A stretch of DNA of 64,000 nt from Camelus dromedarius (lineage: Eukaryota): NCBI RefSeq assembly GCF_036321535.1, contig NC_087438.1, forward strand, positions 11,038,001-11,102,000, written 5' to 3'. Position 1 is the stretch's first letter. The number at the start of each line of letters is the position of its first letter. Of the stretch, positions 13,087 through 25,300 are shown piece after piece. Position numbers and translations under genes: made by a program. The notes below the pieces were generated by a model, which saw only the letters and a list, made by a program, of their open reading frames with translations, ran no database searches and was not told the origin of the DNA.

Positions 13087-15059
13087 GTAATCAATGTAAA
13101 CTCTTTTCCTTTCTCCTCCATGGAAGTCACCCACGTGTATATCCCAACACTGGGCATTCGAAGATGCCCACCTAATCTTGGGTGGATAAGTTGCAAAAGA
13201 GTATTTTAAGGAGGATTCTCTGATGGGGCACGCTGGATAAGGGAGAGCTTGGGGCTTCCGGAGCCAGACAAATTAGTTGGGGGTCCAAAATGAAATATAC
13301 ATTTGGAAAATATCGTGTGGTTTTTCTTTGCTCAAATCCTCTATATTCTTGCCTCAATTCTCCTTTTCATTTGTGGGTTCAGATAAACTATCTGGCTCAG
13401 AAATAAGGAGGATAATGAACAAAAAGGAAGACAAGAAGGAAGTCGATGGAAAGTGTAGATAACACAAAGTAGGGTCACTAAAATGCCACAGTAATTAGGA
13501 TGGGAATAAATAAACATTCCAGAAGTCTCCAAAGGATTAATTTTTGACACAATTAATTTTATTTGCTTTGGAAACATGAAGTGGATTTGGTCGTCATCTG
13601 GATGCAATTGAGTCTTCCCAGTCCTAGGCTAGATAGTTATTTTTTTGCTGATTTTAATATGCTGCCAGTGCCAAAAGTCCTCTGGGTAAATATATCAGAT
13701 TCATAAAAATGCCCAACAAAATCAAATGAACCAAACACTGTTGAATGAATGACTCACAAAATGAGACATTTTCACCAAATAAATATTCTTTTGCTTTCCA
13801 CTATATTTAGCTAAGGAAAAAAAAAGAAAAAAAAAATTTCACACAGATCCAAACACTTTGTGCGTTTATTATGAACATGTGTACAAGACAGTGTCAGGAT
13901 TATATATACAGGTAGTTGGCATAGGTGACCAAGGGTGGGCGCTATTCAAACGACTCTCAAAATAGTTCTTTTTGTTCACTCCAAATTTTTTATGCACTAT
14001 TCAGAGACATTCTCTGAAGATTAAAATTCTATATAGCATTTTGGTTAGAAAAACATTGCATGGCTCTCTGGTTAGACTGTAGAAAAAGTTTGGTAAACTG
14101 AAAATTCATTTTCAGTCTGTAATTTACCAGCTCTTAAAAGATGATTTTTTTAAAGTGTTCAAATTTATTTATCAGACAAATCAGTCTTAGGAGGAAGCAA
14201 GTGACACCAATGACAGCTGGTGCTGGTGATTCTTTTTACAACAGACTGGAAAACACTTTTATTAATAGTGATAGCTCAGGGGAGTAAAACTGTTATTTTC
14301 ATGTTACACAAACATGAATGGTTTGTTTCAATTTCTTAAATCTCTGTGTCTATGTTAATATCATAATCTCTTGTTAATACACACATTGGCTTCCGCTGCA
14401 GAGGTTCCTGTTATACGGAGCTCTGTGAAGTCCTAAGGAGTCATGAAAGCGGGACAGAGGTCCAGGTAGAGAAGGACCAAACAGAATGCAGGTGCTACAT
14501 TAGGGAAAAGCCAAGAAAGGACAGGACTTTTTGGGGTCTTATTATGAAAATGTTTAGGTAGACCAGAGAGGGGCCTCACCAAGGACCTGGAGACGACTCT
14601 GAAATGATTCTGCTCATAGCTTACCATGGAAGATACACTCTTCTTGAAAACCAAAGCTATCAGCCATCAGAAGATAATTTACGAAGGCTCTACAAATGGT
14701 CACAGGAGATTCTTAGCATCACAGTCTTCTTCAGGGAAATTGCTTGAATAGTTTACTAAGGACATTTCTACCTAATTGAAAATTCAGAGATGGTTGTAGT
14801 AAAAATGTATATTCTAGACTCTGTTTATGGAATAAGCTGCGATCTGGATTATTCTAACAGTATAATAGAGACAAACTTTCCTTTTCTTTCTCAATTTATT
14901 TTTCTAATCATTTGTTATTGATATATGTAAATTAATTTCATTTTATATTGACCTTAATAAATTCATGTATTAATTTTAACAATTTATAAGCCTTTTATTT
15001 GGCCAAGCAAAGAGTTGTGTTTTCTTGGAAAGATGTGGCCATCTGGGTAAATTACACCC

Positions 15060-15195
15060 CATATTTGGGTTTGCCTTCTCTTTGTGCCCTGAATCACTTC
15101 CCTTTTCTCCTCATGCGTGGGATTGCATAATTTGATAGTGTTAACATGTAAACTTTGCTTCAGGCTCTGTTTTCCAGGGAGCCCAAGCTAAAACA
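15060..15195 (+). mobile_element. ERVL LTR 3' fragment
   Basis: Terminal motif ctttgcttcaggctctgttttccagggagcccaagctaaaaca. Confidence 0.55.
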
Positions 15196-16111
15196 GTCTT
15201 CAAAATTCCTTTCCTATTTAATGACTCCCAAGGCCACTTCCAATTCTAATACACTTGCCCAAGGCCACAATGTAAGAAGGGAGCGTAACTGAGAGCTAAA
15301 CCAATCTGTCTCTCCATTAGCGCCATATTGCTGATAGCCAAAACTTTACCCCAGGCGTCTGTCCTTGCCCTGTCCTAGCCCCACTCCAAGGAGTGTCTCT
15401 CCCTTAGAAACAATTGAAAAGGAAGAATTACCTTTTAATCATGAACTGCTGTGGGCAGAATTTACCTTCTGCTGCTCTACAAATGGAAACAAACACTCAG
15501 GGGTTAATCGTCAGAACAGATGGAGATCTTGCTACAAAATGTTTACTGACAAGACATTTTCTATTTGAAATTCTTTCCTGTCTCGGCTTCCATCTTGCCA
15601 TATACTTTTTCCTCTGCTAACTTCTCTAGGCACGTATAAATTATTGTCTCCACCTACCCTATCCTCTGATTTCAAAAGTTACTCTGGGCATTCAATTCTA
15701 GCCCCACTCGCATGCTTGGAAGCTTTCTCCATCTGTTGCTTCTCCTCAAATCTCTTTTAAAAAAGTCCTCCCCAATCAGAAGAACACAAAGGCATTTTAG
15801 GTCTAATTAGATCAATGGATGCTCAAGTTCTGTATCTAACAGCTCTCCAAAAATTGGACAGTGGATGGTTACGCTGAAAATTGGCCGTGGGTCCCTTTAG
15901 GGAAGGATTCAGGAAATAGTCTACCCTGTTTACTTCACTCTATTGTTACTTCGCTTCCCTGTCAATCATATGACTCTAAGTCTGTAAATTAACTTAGATC
16001 CCAAAATAGGGTGAGGAACCTTGAATTTCCATTGTAGCTACTGACATCACCCTTCGGTTCATCAGACTTTGATATTTTTTGATCATACACATCAAGCAAC
16101 ACCATAGTTAT

Positions 16112-16596
16112 TGTGAACAAAAAATACTGCAAACCATATCAGTAAACAAAGAATGCTGAAACCATCAAGTCCTCAGCGGCTGCCCCACCCCCAGTGAAGA
16201 CAAGCCTGCAGCCCGGCCCCTGCAGCCACTCACAATGGTGCACCCTGGGGGGACTCAGAATAAGAAAGGACAGGACACCGGCCCTAGGTAGCTAGGTGCT
16301 TGTCAAAGGAATGAATTCAATGAGCCCAAATGTTTGCTTCCTCCCATACAAAGAAAAGTGCTAATTCTTTTAACTTGAGATGCCTGGTTTTCTTTAGTTA
16401 ACAAGTAAGCTTTTAATGTTCCAACTACCTGGTCTTTGTTGTAAACCTCCTATATATCCTAGCTCCTCCCCTACCTCTTCAGAGAAGTCCCTCAGAGCGA
16501 TCTGAGAGGCTGCCATGCCGGGCTGAGTCCTCAGAATTGTCCACCGAATAAAACGTAACTCTCAACTTTTAGGCTGTGCATTTATTTCAGGCGACA
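16112..16596 (+). mobile_element. ERV1-type solo LTR (485 bp) with 4-bp TSD
   Basis: TGT...ACA termini; TSD ttat at 16108-16111 and 16597-16600; TATA-like tatatat at ~16451; AATAAA at ~16547. Confidence 0.9.
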
Positions 16597-16729
16597 TTAT
16601 CTAAAAATTTCTTTGTCTTTTCTGACTTTTCCAAACATAATTGCCCATGGATCAAACATTTATTATTCCCAGTCTCACTCCAACATCACTGTTAGAATAA
16701 TTACAACTACTTTGGCCCAGATTGTGAAG

Positions 16730-17423
16730 TGTTGTCACCTAGTCTGGTCACAATGAGGAGTAGCAGGGACAGACCACTTGAAAAAACAGATGAGTCATGT
16801 TGAGAGACACAAGCTTCGGGTGAAGATTTTGTACAGTGTCCAGGTAAGGGGAGTTTGTTCTCATCTGGTAATTGGAAGTGGATTCCTTTTACTGACCAGT
16901 AGAGTTTGAGTGAATTGAGGGATCCAGCTCATTAGACATGTTGATCTAAACTTCCCCATTCTTACTCTTTATGTCAGGTGTCAGCTTCATTGTAAAAGAT
17001 TTAGGGTGTGCACATGGTCTCTTCTGCCACTGTGCCATGCTGGTAATCAGATACTAGTCCTGATCGTCAATGCCATCTTCCCTTTGTCTAAAGGATGTGA
17101 ACATTCACTTTAAATCTGTCAGAGAGGCCCTCGGGCTTTCAAAGTGTGATTTAAGTTGTCAGTTTGTTGCCCTAAGCCTATCATTTACTTCTTACAAGTC
17201 CTCCGCTGCTAACAAAAGTATCCCATCCCTCACCACAGTCTTTTTTATGACCACATTCCCCTTACCAATCAAGAACAGAAGCCACATTGTCTCCCAATGT
17301 CTTGCTTTCCACCGATACTTCAAATATCATTAAATAAAATTTTAGTAGCTGTTACCACCCCACTTGTCCTTCATATCACCTCCAGACAAAGTCCTACCCC
17401 AAGGGACTACTTTCTATGATTGA
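16730..17423 (-). mobile_element. ERVL internal 5' region with degenerate gag
   Basis: Reverse translation of ~17100-17320 with stops and a frameshift: VESKTLGDNVASVLDW*GECGHKKDCGEGW/ILLLAAEDL*EVNDRLRATN*QLKSHFESPRASL, resembling the N-terminal ERVL Gag pattern KDxGxGWLLL...ENDxLR..N.QLK...ES..AS. Confidence 0.7.
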
Positions 17424-18027
17424 GTGTCTTAACCTAGATGCTTAGAATTAGTGTAGAACCAAGCTCACCTTCCGATCCAGTGAAGCAACAATGTGGGAAG
17501 AAAGCAAAGGCAGGAAAGGAGAAAACAAATTCAAGTGTGTGCATTACCAAGCTGGCCACAGCTTCACAAGAAGACATCGCTGGTTCTGTGGATATATATA
17601 CAATGTCTCAGGGAGGCAATATGGAACTCTTACCACTCAGAACATTCCACTGGAGATGGCATGGGAAGATGAACAACATATCTGCCAGTTTTTCTTCTTC
17701 TTTAATTGTTCAGAGATCTATGCAGCATTAGCATCGGCCTCTCTGTGTAACTGCTAAAGAAACCAGAGCTTCTTTGGGTCCAGTTGGGTAGGACCTAGAT
17801 GCTAGAGCTCCCGTTTCCCAGTGCTGCAGGCCCTTGCCCCTGGTAAAGACTGTTAAAATCAATGGTGTTAAGCCACGTGACAGCATCACGGCACAGACTT
17901 TACCATCACAGTGGAAACATGAGCCACTGCTGGCTCCACAGGGATCACGAAGCAGGGCAGGTTGGCAAAGCCCTTGGAACAGCCTTATCTGAGCAGATCT
18001 GCAGAGCTGCGTAAACTGGGTCTGACA
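17424..18027 (-). mobile_element. ERVL LTR (LTR33/LTR40/LTR50-like), 5' LTR of the adjacent internal relic
   Basis: Reverse strand begins tgtcagacccagtttacgcagctctgcagatctg and ends ...ggttaagaca directly abutting the gag-containing region. Confidence 0.55.
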
Positions 18028-18169
18028 GTTTCCATTTTGTAAATTCCAGTGCTTTTTAAATGGCTACTTGAGAGATGGGCAGTACTCCTTTAGTTACTTC
18101 CTCCAGTGGCCTGGGGCCAACGTCCACTCAATGACTGATTCTAACTCTGGCTTCTCTGTATCTTCTGAT

Positions 18170-18520
18170 CATTAGTCCTCAGAGTATCAGCAGTGAACAA
18201 AACTGAGTGCCTGGGTTCACAGAATATTCCAGTGAAAGAGCCAGACAGTAAACAAATTGCGATGTATCATATAATGCCATGTTAGGAAGCAAAGAAAGGG
18301 CAGTGGATAGTAAGAGCCAGTGCTTATAAGTGGTCAGGTAAGGTCTCTGAGAAGTAACACTTGAGCAGAAGTGAGGAAAGTAAAAATTACAATTCTATCA
18401 AGAGCGTTTATTCAACACACTTTGTGGACACAAAGAATCCATCAGTCACTGGAAACCAGCTGTGAAAAGGACACTCACTGTGCTGCTTAGGGTCTAGGAC
18501 ATAACGGAGGAGAAACGAGA
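18170..18520 (-). mobile_element. L2 fragments
   Basis: cagcagtgaacaaaac...cagacagtaaacaaa...gtggtcaggtaaggtctctgagaagtaacacttgagcagaa. Confidence 0.6.
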
Positions 18521-19239
18521 AAATAAATAGGTGTATCGGTTAAAAACGATTTCAAGGTTTTGCATGACAACTTCAAAAATCTGATATATGCGATAATGCC
18601 TACCATTTTTGTGGCTGGGTTTTATAACGGCATATAAAAGACTGCATTTTCAGTAACAGTGGTGTTCATATGCCCAGGGATTGTGAACGTCTAATGGAGA
18701 TGAGACAGCTTCTGACGAACAGTCACAGGGATTTCAGTTTTTCTGTGCTCTTGAACTGAACTCAGAGACTGTTACAAGAGGCTTTCTCCTCTAATTGTCT
18801 CCATAAGGAATATTTCCTTGAAAATACCGTTTAATATACTGTAGCAAAATTTCCACAACATGACCTTTCCTTATGCCGTATGATGCCTTAAGTATTCATA
18901 GTTTTGTACCTGCGTACCTGAACTGACTGGTACCTTCCAATATAAGTAGAAACATACTTAGTGAGAAGGACAGTACATAACAAATACGTGCTGCATGGAA
19001 AAACCAGCTGTATTTTGGTTTTTGAAATGTCTCAATTTATTTTTCAAATATTTTGGATTAGATGAAACCCAACTAAGTTTTGCCAAGAACGTTTCCCCCT
19101 TAATTTTTGAAATCATGTGCAATTTTGCAGAAATTTACTCCATATGTTTCTGTTTCATTTACACTTAAATCACCAAAATATTGCTTTGTAAGATCTATTT
19201 GATGTCCAAGAAGCCATTTGAATTAGTCCAATACAGTGT

Positions 19240-19357
19240 CTTTAAACTGAGATATAACTCTTATATCATAAAATTCACCCTTTTGAAGTGTACAATTCAA
19301 TGCTTTTCAGTATCTTTTCAAAGTTGGGCAACCATTACCACTATCTAAGTTCAGAAC
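19240..19357 (-). mobile_element. L1MB 3' end fragment
   Basis: gagatataactc...taaaattcacccttttgaagtgtacaattcaatg...caaccattaccactatctaa. Confidence 0.8.
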
Positions 19358-20284
19358 CCAGTACAGGTTTAAAACACATTGTGTTAATAGGAAGCGGAAT
19401 TGTACCGCTTGGAAATGCATGAATGGGCTGCATAGTGGGGTTTACCTTGAAGCGCCTGGACTTGATATGAGTTTTTGCTGTAAAAAAAGAGACTTCTTCC
19501 AGCCCTAATACCACGGTCATAAATCAGAAAAATCTGCATTTAACCAAGTGGCTGCTGGGCTCAGAGGTTATCACAAGGCTGACTTTCTCGGTGGTGGGTC
19601 ATATATCACTATGGCCCGAGCTGAAAATTTACTGCTTTACTGCTCAGACCCATTTTCTTACCATTTGTTGACCTGGAAAATCCCAGACCACTGGGTCCTG
19701 AACACACAGTTTTGGCTCCAAAGTTCTCCTGCTGTCACTTACTACCCTATCCAGCTAAGTCACTGCCAGAAAAATGAGAGACTACGTAAGGCTGACTTTG
19801 AAGATGGAATGGTCCCCTAGTGACCTCCGTGTATTGAATTTGGAACTGTCTGCTTAAGAAGGAATGGGAATCGTGAGTCATAAAACTTAATTTGTTATCT
19901 GAGTGAGACGCTCCATATAGTATTAAGGCTGTTGCTCTATCAGGTTCTTCAAGGATAAGATAGATTCCTGTTGAATACTAATATCCCTCTTTGTCAACTT
20001 TAGTTCTCAGTTAGTTACACTGGATTTAGAACATGGAAAAATATGTATATATATTATTAATACACAAAATAAAATGGAATAACATAGCACATTTAGCCAT
20101 ATTTCCCAGCTTTTTAAGAATTGTAACACCAAACTTTAGAAATTTGGTCTTCTAAGACTGCCATTTTTTTATTCTACTCAAAATAAGCCATGCTAATGAA
20201 AAACAAATTTTTTTTTTAGCATTATGTTATTTGCAGACATAATCAACCTGTGAGATTTTGGAGATTTTCCTTTATATTTAAGAT

Positions 20285-20418
20285 TCAGATTCCCATGTTA
20301 AAAAAATGGGAATAACAATAGGAACCACACAAAATTAGTGTAGAATAAATTAAACAATGATTTACATGTGAAAAAGTGACCAGCACAGTGCCTGGAACAG
20401 CAAAGATAAATAATTATT
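20285..20418 (+). mobile_element. MIR fragment
   Basis: aaaatgggaataacaata...cagcacagtgcctggaacag. Confidence 0.6.
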
Positions 20419-20850
20419 GAATTTGAACTGAATCTGGGCTGATGAGTTTATCTATGATCAGACAACTAGAATTTGTTTCTATGTTTGTTCTTCGAGGATA
20501 TAAATGACTATTTTAGTACTCACTGTTCTATTCTGTGAATGCATTGCTTCTTTTGTAAAATAAACACAATGTCAAATAAAAAGTGGTTTGTGTGTTTTCT
20601 ATTAAGTGTCTCGGAATGGAATCACCATTCATTATGATCACTGTGAACAGTGTAGTAGGAAGCTTTTCCCAATAAAGCCTAGAATTTTTGAAAATTATTT
20701 TGAATTAATATCTCATCAGTTGTCTTCCTTTCTCATCATAAGCTGAACAACAATTCTCGAACTCTACAGATTAGGCGAGTTTTGCTAGATCCTGTTTTTT
20801 TCTTATGTCCCTAACTTGGCAGTGCTTTTTGTCCACATGACAACAAAATG

Positions 20851-20968
20851 TCTGGATGAAAAGTAAAATATTCAATGATCTAGATGTTTTGTCTACACAA
20901 TGCTACATGTTTTGATGTTATGTAGACAAAACATCCAGATAATGGAGTTTTTTTCCTTTTCATCCAGA
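20851..20968. repeat. Imperfect inverted repeat (hairpin/palindrome)
   Basis: Inner arms 20878-20897 / 20921-20940 (19/20 complementary), outer arms 20851-20863 / 20956-20968 (13/13), 23-nt loop. Confidence 0.9.
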
Positions 20969-21485
20969 TGTTCTGGCATTATTTATACATAGGTCATGTC
21001 TAGTTTACTATTCACTGAAACAGGAAGAGAACACAAACATGAGAAGTGTCTTCAAATGAAGTGAAAAACATTGGGTGTTAGATCACAGGTGAGCATTTTC
21101 CTGCACTGAAACAGTTCATTTCTTGAATACCCAGGGTATATGCTTTGTACATCACACGTATGAAACACTACCTAGAAAATGATGGCTGGATATACACAAT
21201 GTCTACAATACAAATTATTTAGGATGAAGAGGGACAAAAGGAGAATGTTTGGTATGAGGAAGTGAATCCCTTGATGTAATGACTGTGGGAGATACTGATG
21301 AATACCTTCAAAAATCCCTCTGAACCATTTTCTCTCTCTTTTTGCCTTCCAATGCCAAGGCTGAAAAGCCAGACACTTGATTTCTTGGCCACTCGGTAAT
21401 GGATGGATGGCCAAGTGACCTAGTTTTTGACAATGAGATCAGAAGGAGAAGTGTGCCATGGGATTTCTGAGAAATACAGGTTGCT

Positions 21486-21678
21486 CTCTCTCTCTGTGTT
21501 TTTTTTTTGTTTGTTTTTTTGTTTTTTGTTTTTTTTTGGTTGTTTCTCTCCGTACTATATGGTTTGGTTTTTTTTAAATTAAAGTATAGTCAGTTACAAT
21601 GTGTCAACTTCTGGTATATAGCACAATGTCCCAGTGTCCCAGTCATGCATATACATACATACATTCATTTTCATATTC
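21486..21678 (-). mobile_element. Very short young L1 3' tail with bipartite poly(A) and TSD
   Basis: TSD tacaggttgct at 21475-21485 and 21679-21689; L1 tail aaattaaagtatagtcagttacaatgtgtc...ttttcatattc. Confidence 0.85.
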
Positions 21679-21931
21679 TACAGGTTGCTTCTTGATTAAA
21701 AGAACTCCCTAAAAAGGAGAGTTGAATTGGCTTTGTTCTTATTTTTTTCTTTGTCAAGCATGGATATGATATTGGAGCTACAGCAGCCATTTTACAACTA
21801 TAAGATAACAAGTGTGAGGATGGAAAACCAGCAAATTGTGGAATGCCATGGATATAAAAAAGAATGGATCTCTGTCACCATTGTTGAGTTGCTGCTCTAT
21901 CCTTAGGTGTCCCACCTCCAAACTTTTTGTT

Positions 21932-22755
21932 TTTTAATTTTTTAATTGAGTTATAGTCATTTTACAATGTTGTGTCAAATTCCAGTGTAGAGCACAATTT
22001 TTCAGTTATACATGAACATACATATATTCATTGTCAAATTTTTTTTTGCCGTGAGCTACCACAAGATCTTGTATATAGTTCCCTATGCTATACAGTATAA
22101 TCTTGTTTATCTATTCTGCATAAGCCTGTCAGTATCTACAAATTTTGAACTCCTAGTCTACCTCTTCCCACCCCTCTTCCCCCTGGCAACCACAAGTTTC
22201 TATTCTATGTCTATGAGTCTGTTTCTATTTTGTATTTATGTTCTTTTTTTTTTTTTTTTTTTTGGCTTCCACATATGAGTGATCTCATATGGTATTTTTC
22301 TTTCTTTTTCTGGCTTACTTCACTTAGAATGATGTTCTCCAGGGACATCCATGTTGCTGCAAATGGTGTTATGTTGTCATTTTTATGGCCGAATAGTATT
22401 CCATTGTATAAAAATACCACTTCTTCTTTATCCAGTCATCTGCTGATGGACATTTAGGCTGTTTCCATGTCTAGGCTATTGTAAATAGTACTGCTATGAT
22501 GACTGTGGTACAGATGTCATTTTGAAGTAGGGTTCCTTCTGGATATATGCCCAGGAGTGGGATTCCTGGGTCATATGGTAAGTCTATTCCTAGTCTTTTG
22601 AGGAATCTCCATACTGTTTTCCACAGTGGCTGCACCAAACTGCATTCCCACTAGCAGTGTAGGAGGGTTCCCTTTTCTCCACAGCCTCTCCAGCTTTTGT
22701 CATTTGTGGACTTCTGAATGATGGCCATTCTGACTGGTGTGAGGTGATACCTCAT
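21932..22755 (-). mobile_element. Young 5'-truncated L1 (ORF2 C-terminus + 3'UTR)
   Basis: Minus ORF ...PFAATWMSLENIILSEVSQK.KEKYHM.SLICG; degenerate TSD caaactttttgtt (21919-21931) / caaactttctatt (22756-22768). Confidence 0.92.
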
Positions 22756-23319
22756 CAAACTTTCTATTAGGTAAAGAATAAATATCCTTACGCTGTTAAC
22801 TACTGTTATTCATGTATTCTGTTACTTGTATCTGAAAACCTTCCTAACTGGTAAAATAATGCAGATATGATGTCCCTTTGACACATAAGGAAACTGTAGC
22901 AGAGGCTGTTGAACTGAATTGTCTAATGTCACAACTGCAAAATTAGTGTGAAAACAAACTGAAGACCAAGTCCCCTGGCTTAAATTACTCTATGCGCTTG
23001 CCACCAGAACACTCTGGGTTTCTGAAGGCACTGAATATTGGCCAGCCAAATGTCCAGGGCTTAACTTAGAGAAAGTGAGATAAAATGTCACCAACTAATA
23101 AAGGTAACACTGAAAAATTGTTCAAAGATACTCAGATCAGCATAATGGATTCCTCTCGTTTGCCACACACATGGCATATCAGAGCAAATTTTGAGATTTT
23201 AAAGGCTGTAGCAATTAAGAATCAGAATTCAATATTCTGACACTCTGTTCCAACACAATAATCTCTGGGACCCTCGAGGATTTAGCACTTGATGAGTTTT
23301 TATATCAGTGTGTCATGTT

Positions 23320-23568
23320 GAATGGGAGAAAAGAAATATGGGTTTTGAGAATCAGACTTGTAACTAACTCCCATCTCTGTACTTGCCAGAAATGCATGCA
23401 GTCTCAGGACGGGTACTTACTTGCTGGGTTTCCTCGTCTGTAATATTGTGCTAATCTGATGCACCACTTTGGTTCCTGTGAGGATTCAGTGAGATGATAC
23501 CTACTCAGCACCTAGCTCAGTGCACGGCAAATAATTGCAATTTAATAAGTAGTAGCTATTATTATTAT
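23320..23568 (+). mobile_element. MIR (near full length)
   Basis: gggtttcctcgtctgtaa...tgtgaggattcagtgagatgata...aataagtagtagctattattattat. Confidence 0.7.
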
Positions 23569-24769
23569 CAACAAATTAGGAAAATAACAGATCCAGACAA
23601 TATAAATGCCCTGAGCAAGGTCACTGTCCTCTGCTCAAGGGGCCTTTTGAAGTATGGTCCTGATGACAGTAGATATGAGGTCCCAAAAGCAGAGCCGGGC
23701 AAAGATGTAACTGTGATGCCCCAAGATGTACTAGCTGTGGCACTTCCATCACGTAAAACGCTCAGGTTAACATTGGGAATCATCTGACTACCTGGTCCTC
23801 TTATTATAGGAAAGATCTAAGTAAGACATCAGACTACCTGAAAGATAAGTTTTGATTTTATAGATGTAATCAACACAGTGAATAACTTAGTTCCATTCTA
23901 CATTTAATGAGCCTCTTGTCGATGCACCTTGGTGGTTTATATCCTGAAAAAGGAAATTAAAGTAATAACAGTGAGCCAAATGCCATGACTGGTCACACAT
24001 ACACACACCGACTTCTAAATTCAAATGCGCTCTTATTACAGTAAATTTAGCTTACTGTGTGTTTTCACTAAATAACAATTACCTGGGAAGTTCTTACTGT
24101 CCTGAATTCTCAAATGCAAAATAAAACCATGGGCTCTTGGCTGAAAGGGGGAACCTGCCGTTTGATTTGATTCCCAACACTGGGAGTGCAGCTGGAGTGA
24201 GAGAACCCTAAGCCCAGCTCCGTTATTTTTGCATCGTATAATGTTTTCTGTAAACCTGGCAGGGCCCACAAAGGCAAGACAGTTGGTTTTTAAGAACTGG
24301 CCTTGATTTTCTGCTTTGGACAGAGAATACCAGGAATCCATTCCTAATGAAAAGCAAACAGAGAATCATTACTTTCCCCCATACATTCTTTACATAGTTA
24401 TACTTGAACGTATTCTGCGGAGACAGTTCTTTCTGCATGTTGTACATTCAGAGGCTGTGCACAGGAAAGCTTCATCTGGAGGGCTGGGGCTAGAATAACT
24501 AACTGGAAGTTAACCCTTGTGTCCTCGTGAAACCCTTGACCCTGTACCTCCTCTGCCTTCTCGGAAGCATCCTGTCTACACACATCTTCAGTCAAGGACC
24601 AATCAAGTCAACTTTGATGGCTTCCTGGGAGATGGAGAGTCACACGGCTCCTGAGACAGTCAGCCTGGACCTAGTATGTTACTAAATAACACTCCATTGA
24701 TCTTCACTTTATTCTTAGTGATACAGAGTTGATCTCCTCAATGGCTAAGCAACTCATGATTCCCAAGGT

Positions 24770-24960
24770 AGGCTTGCTGTCATGGAAGAAGTCCCTGAGT
24801 CAGTGTCAAAGCCTTAGGTCTTACTAGTTACACAACTATTTTTCCAGCTAACTGACCTCTAGAAGTTGTAGTTTCCTCATCTCCAAAAGGACAATAATGG
24901 CTGCCCAGCATGGAACAAAGTTGTGATGAGAGATACAGTGTGAAAACACCCAGAACAAGG
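24770..24960 (+). mobile_element. MIR fragment
   Basis: gtttcctcatctccaaaaggacaataat...gttgtgatgag. Confidence 0.5.
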
Positions 24961-25074
24961 TCAAAATATGAATATGAATTGGAGGGATTACCTTGTAGAA
25001 CTCAAAGACATCCTAAAAGCAGTTCTAAAACAAGATTAATCTTCAGATATTTATGTGAAATTTTATTCTCTTTA

Positions 25075-25167
25075 ATTAAACTTTTTATTTTGAGGTGCTT
25101 GTGGATTCAGAGAGTTGTTAGAAATCATACAGCAGAAACCCTGCAAATCCATTACCCAGTGTCTCCC
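25075..25167 (-). mobile_element. Old L1M 3' end fragment
   Basis: ctttttattttgagg...gttgttagaaatcatacag...ttacccagtgtctccc. Confidence 0.6.
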
Positions 25168-25300
25168 TGTCTCAGTCAGCCCAGGCTGCCATAACAAAAT
25201 ATAGTGAACTGGGTGATTTAAGCAACCGAAATGTGCTCTCTCATTGTCTGGAGGCTAGAAGTCCAAACATAAGGTGCCAGTATGGTTAGTTTCCGGTTGA
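25168..25300 (-). mobile_element. MaLR LTR (MLT1) 3' fragment
   Basis: tgtctcagtcagcccaggctgccataacaaaat...ctggaggctagaagtccaaa. Confidence 0.75.

Larger units (their letters stand above)
21295..22853 (+). mobile_element. MaLR LTR, MLT1J/K-like, split into three pieces (~21295-21485, 21690-21931, 22756-22853) by two L1 insertions
   Basis: ggccaagtgacctagtttttgacaatgagat...; ggagctacagcagccattttacaacta...; ...tattctgttacttgtatctgaaaaccttcctaactg; pieces join at the TSDs. Confidence 0.75.

Noticed and set aside
18560..19640. TE-poor stretches that look conserved (also ~5250-5600)
   Set aside because: No specific motif or structure supports a call without cross-species alignment.
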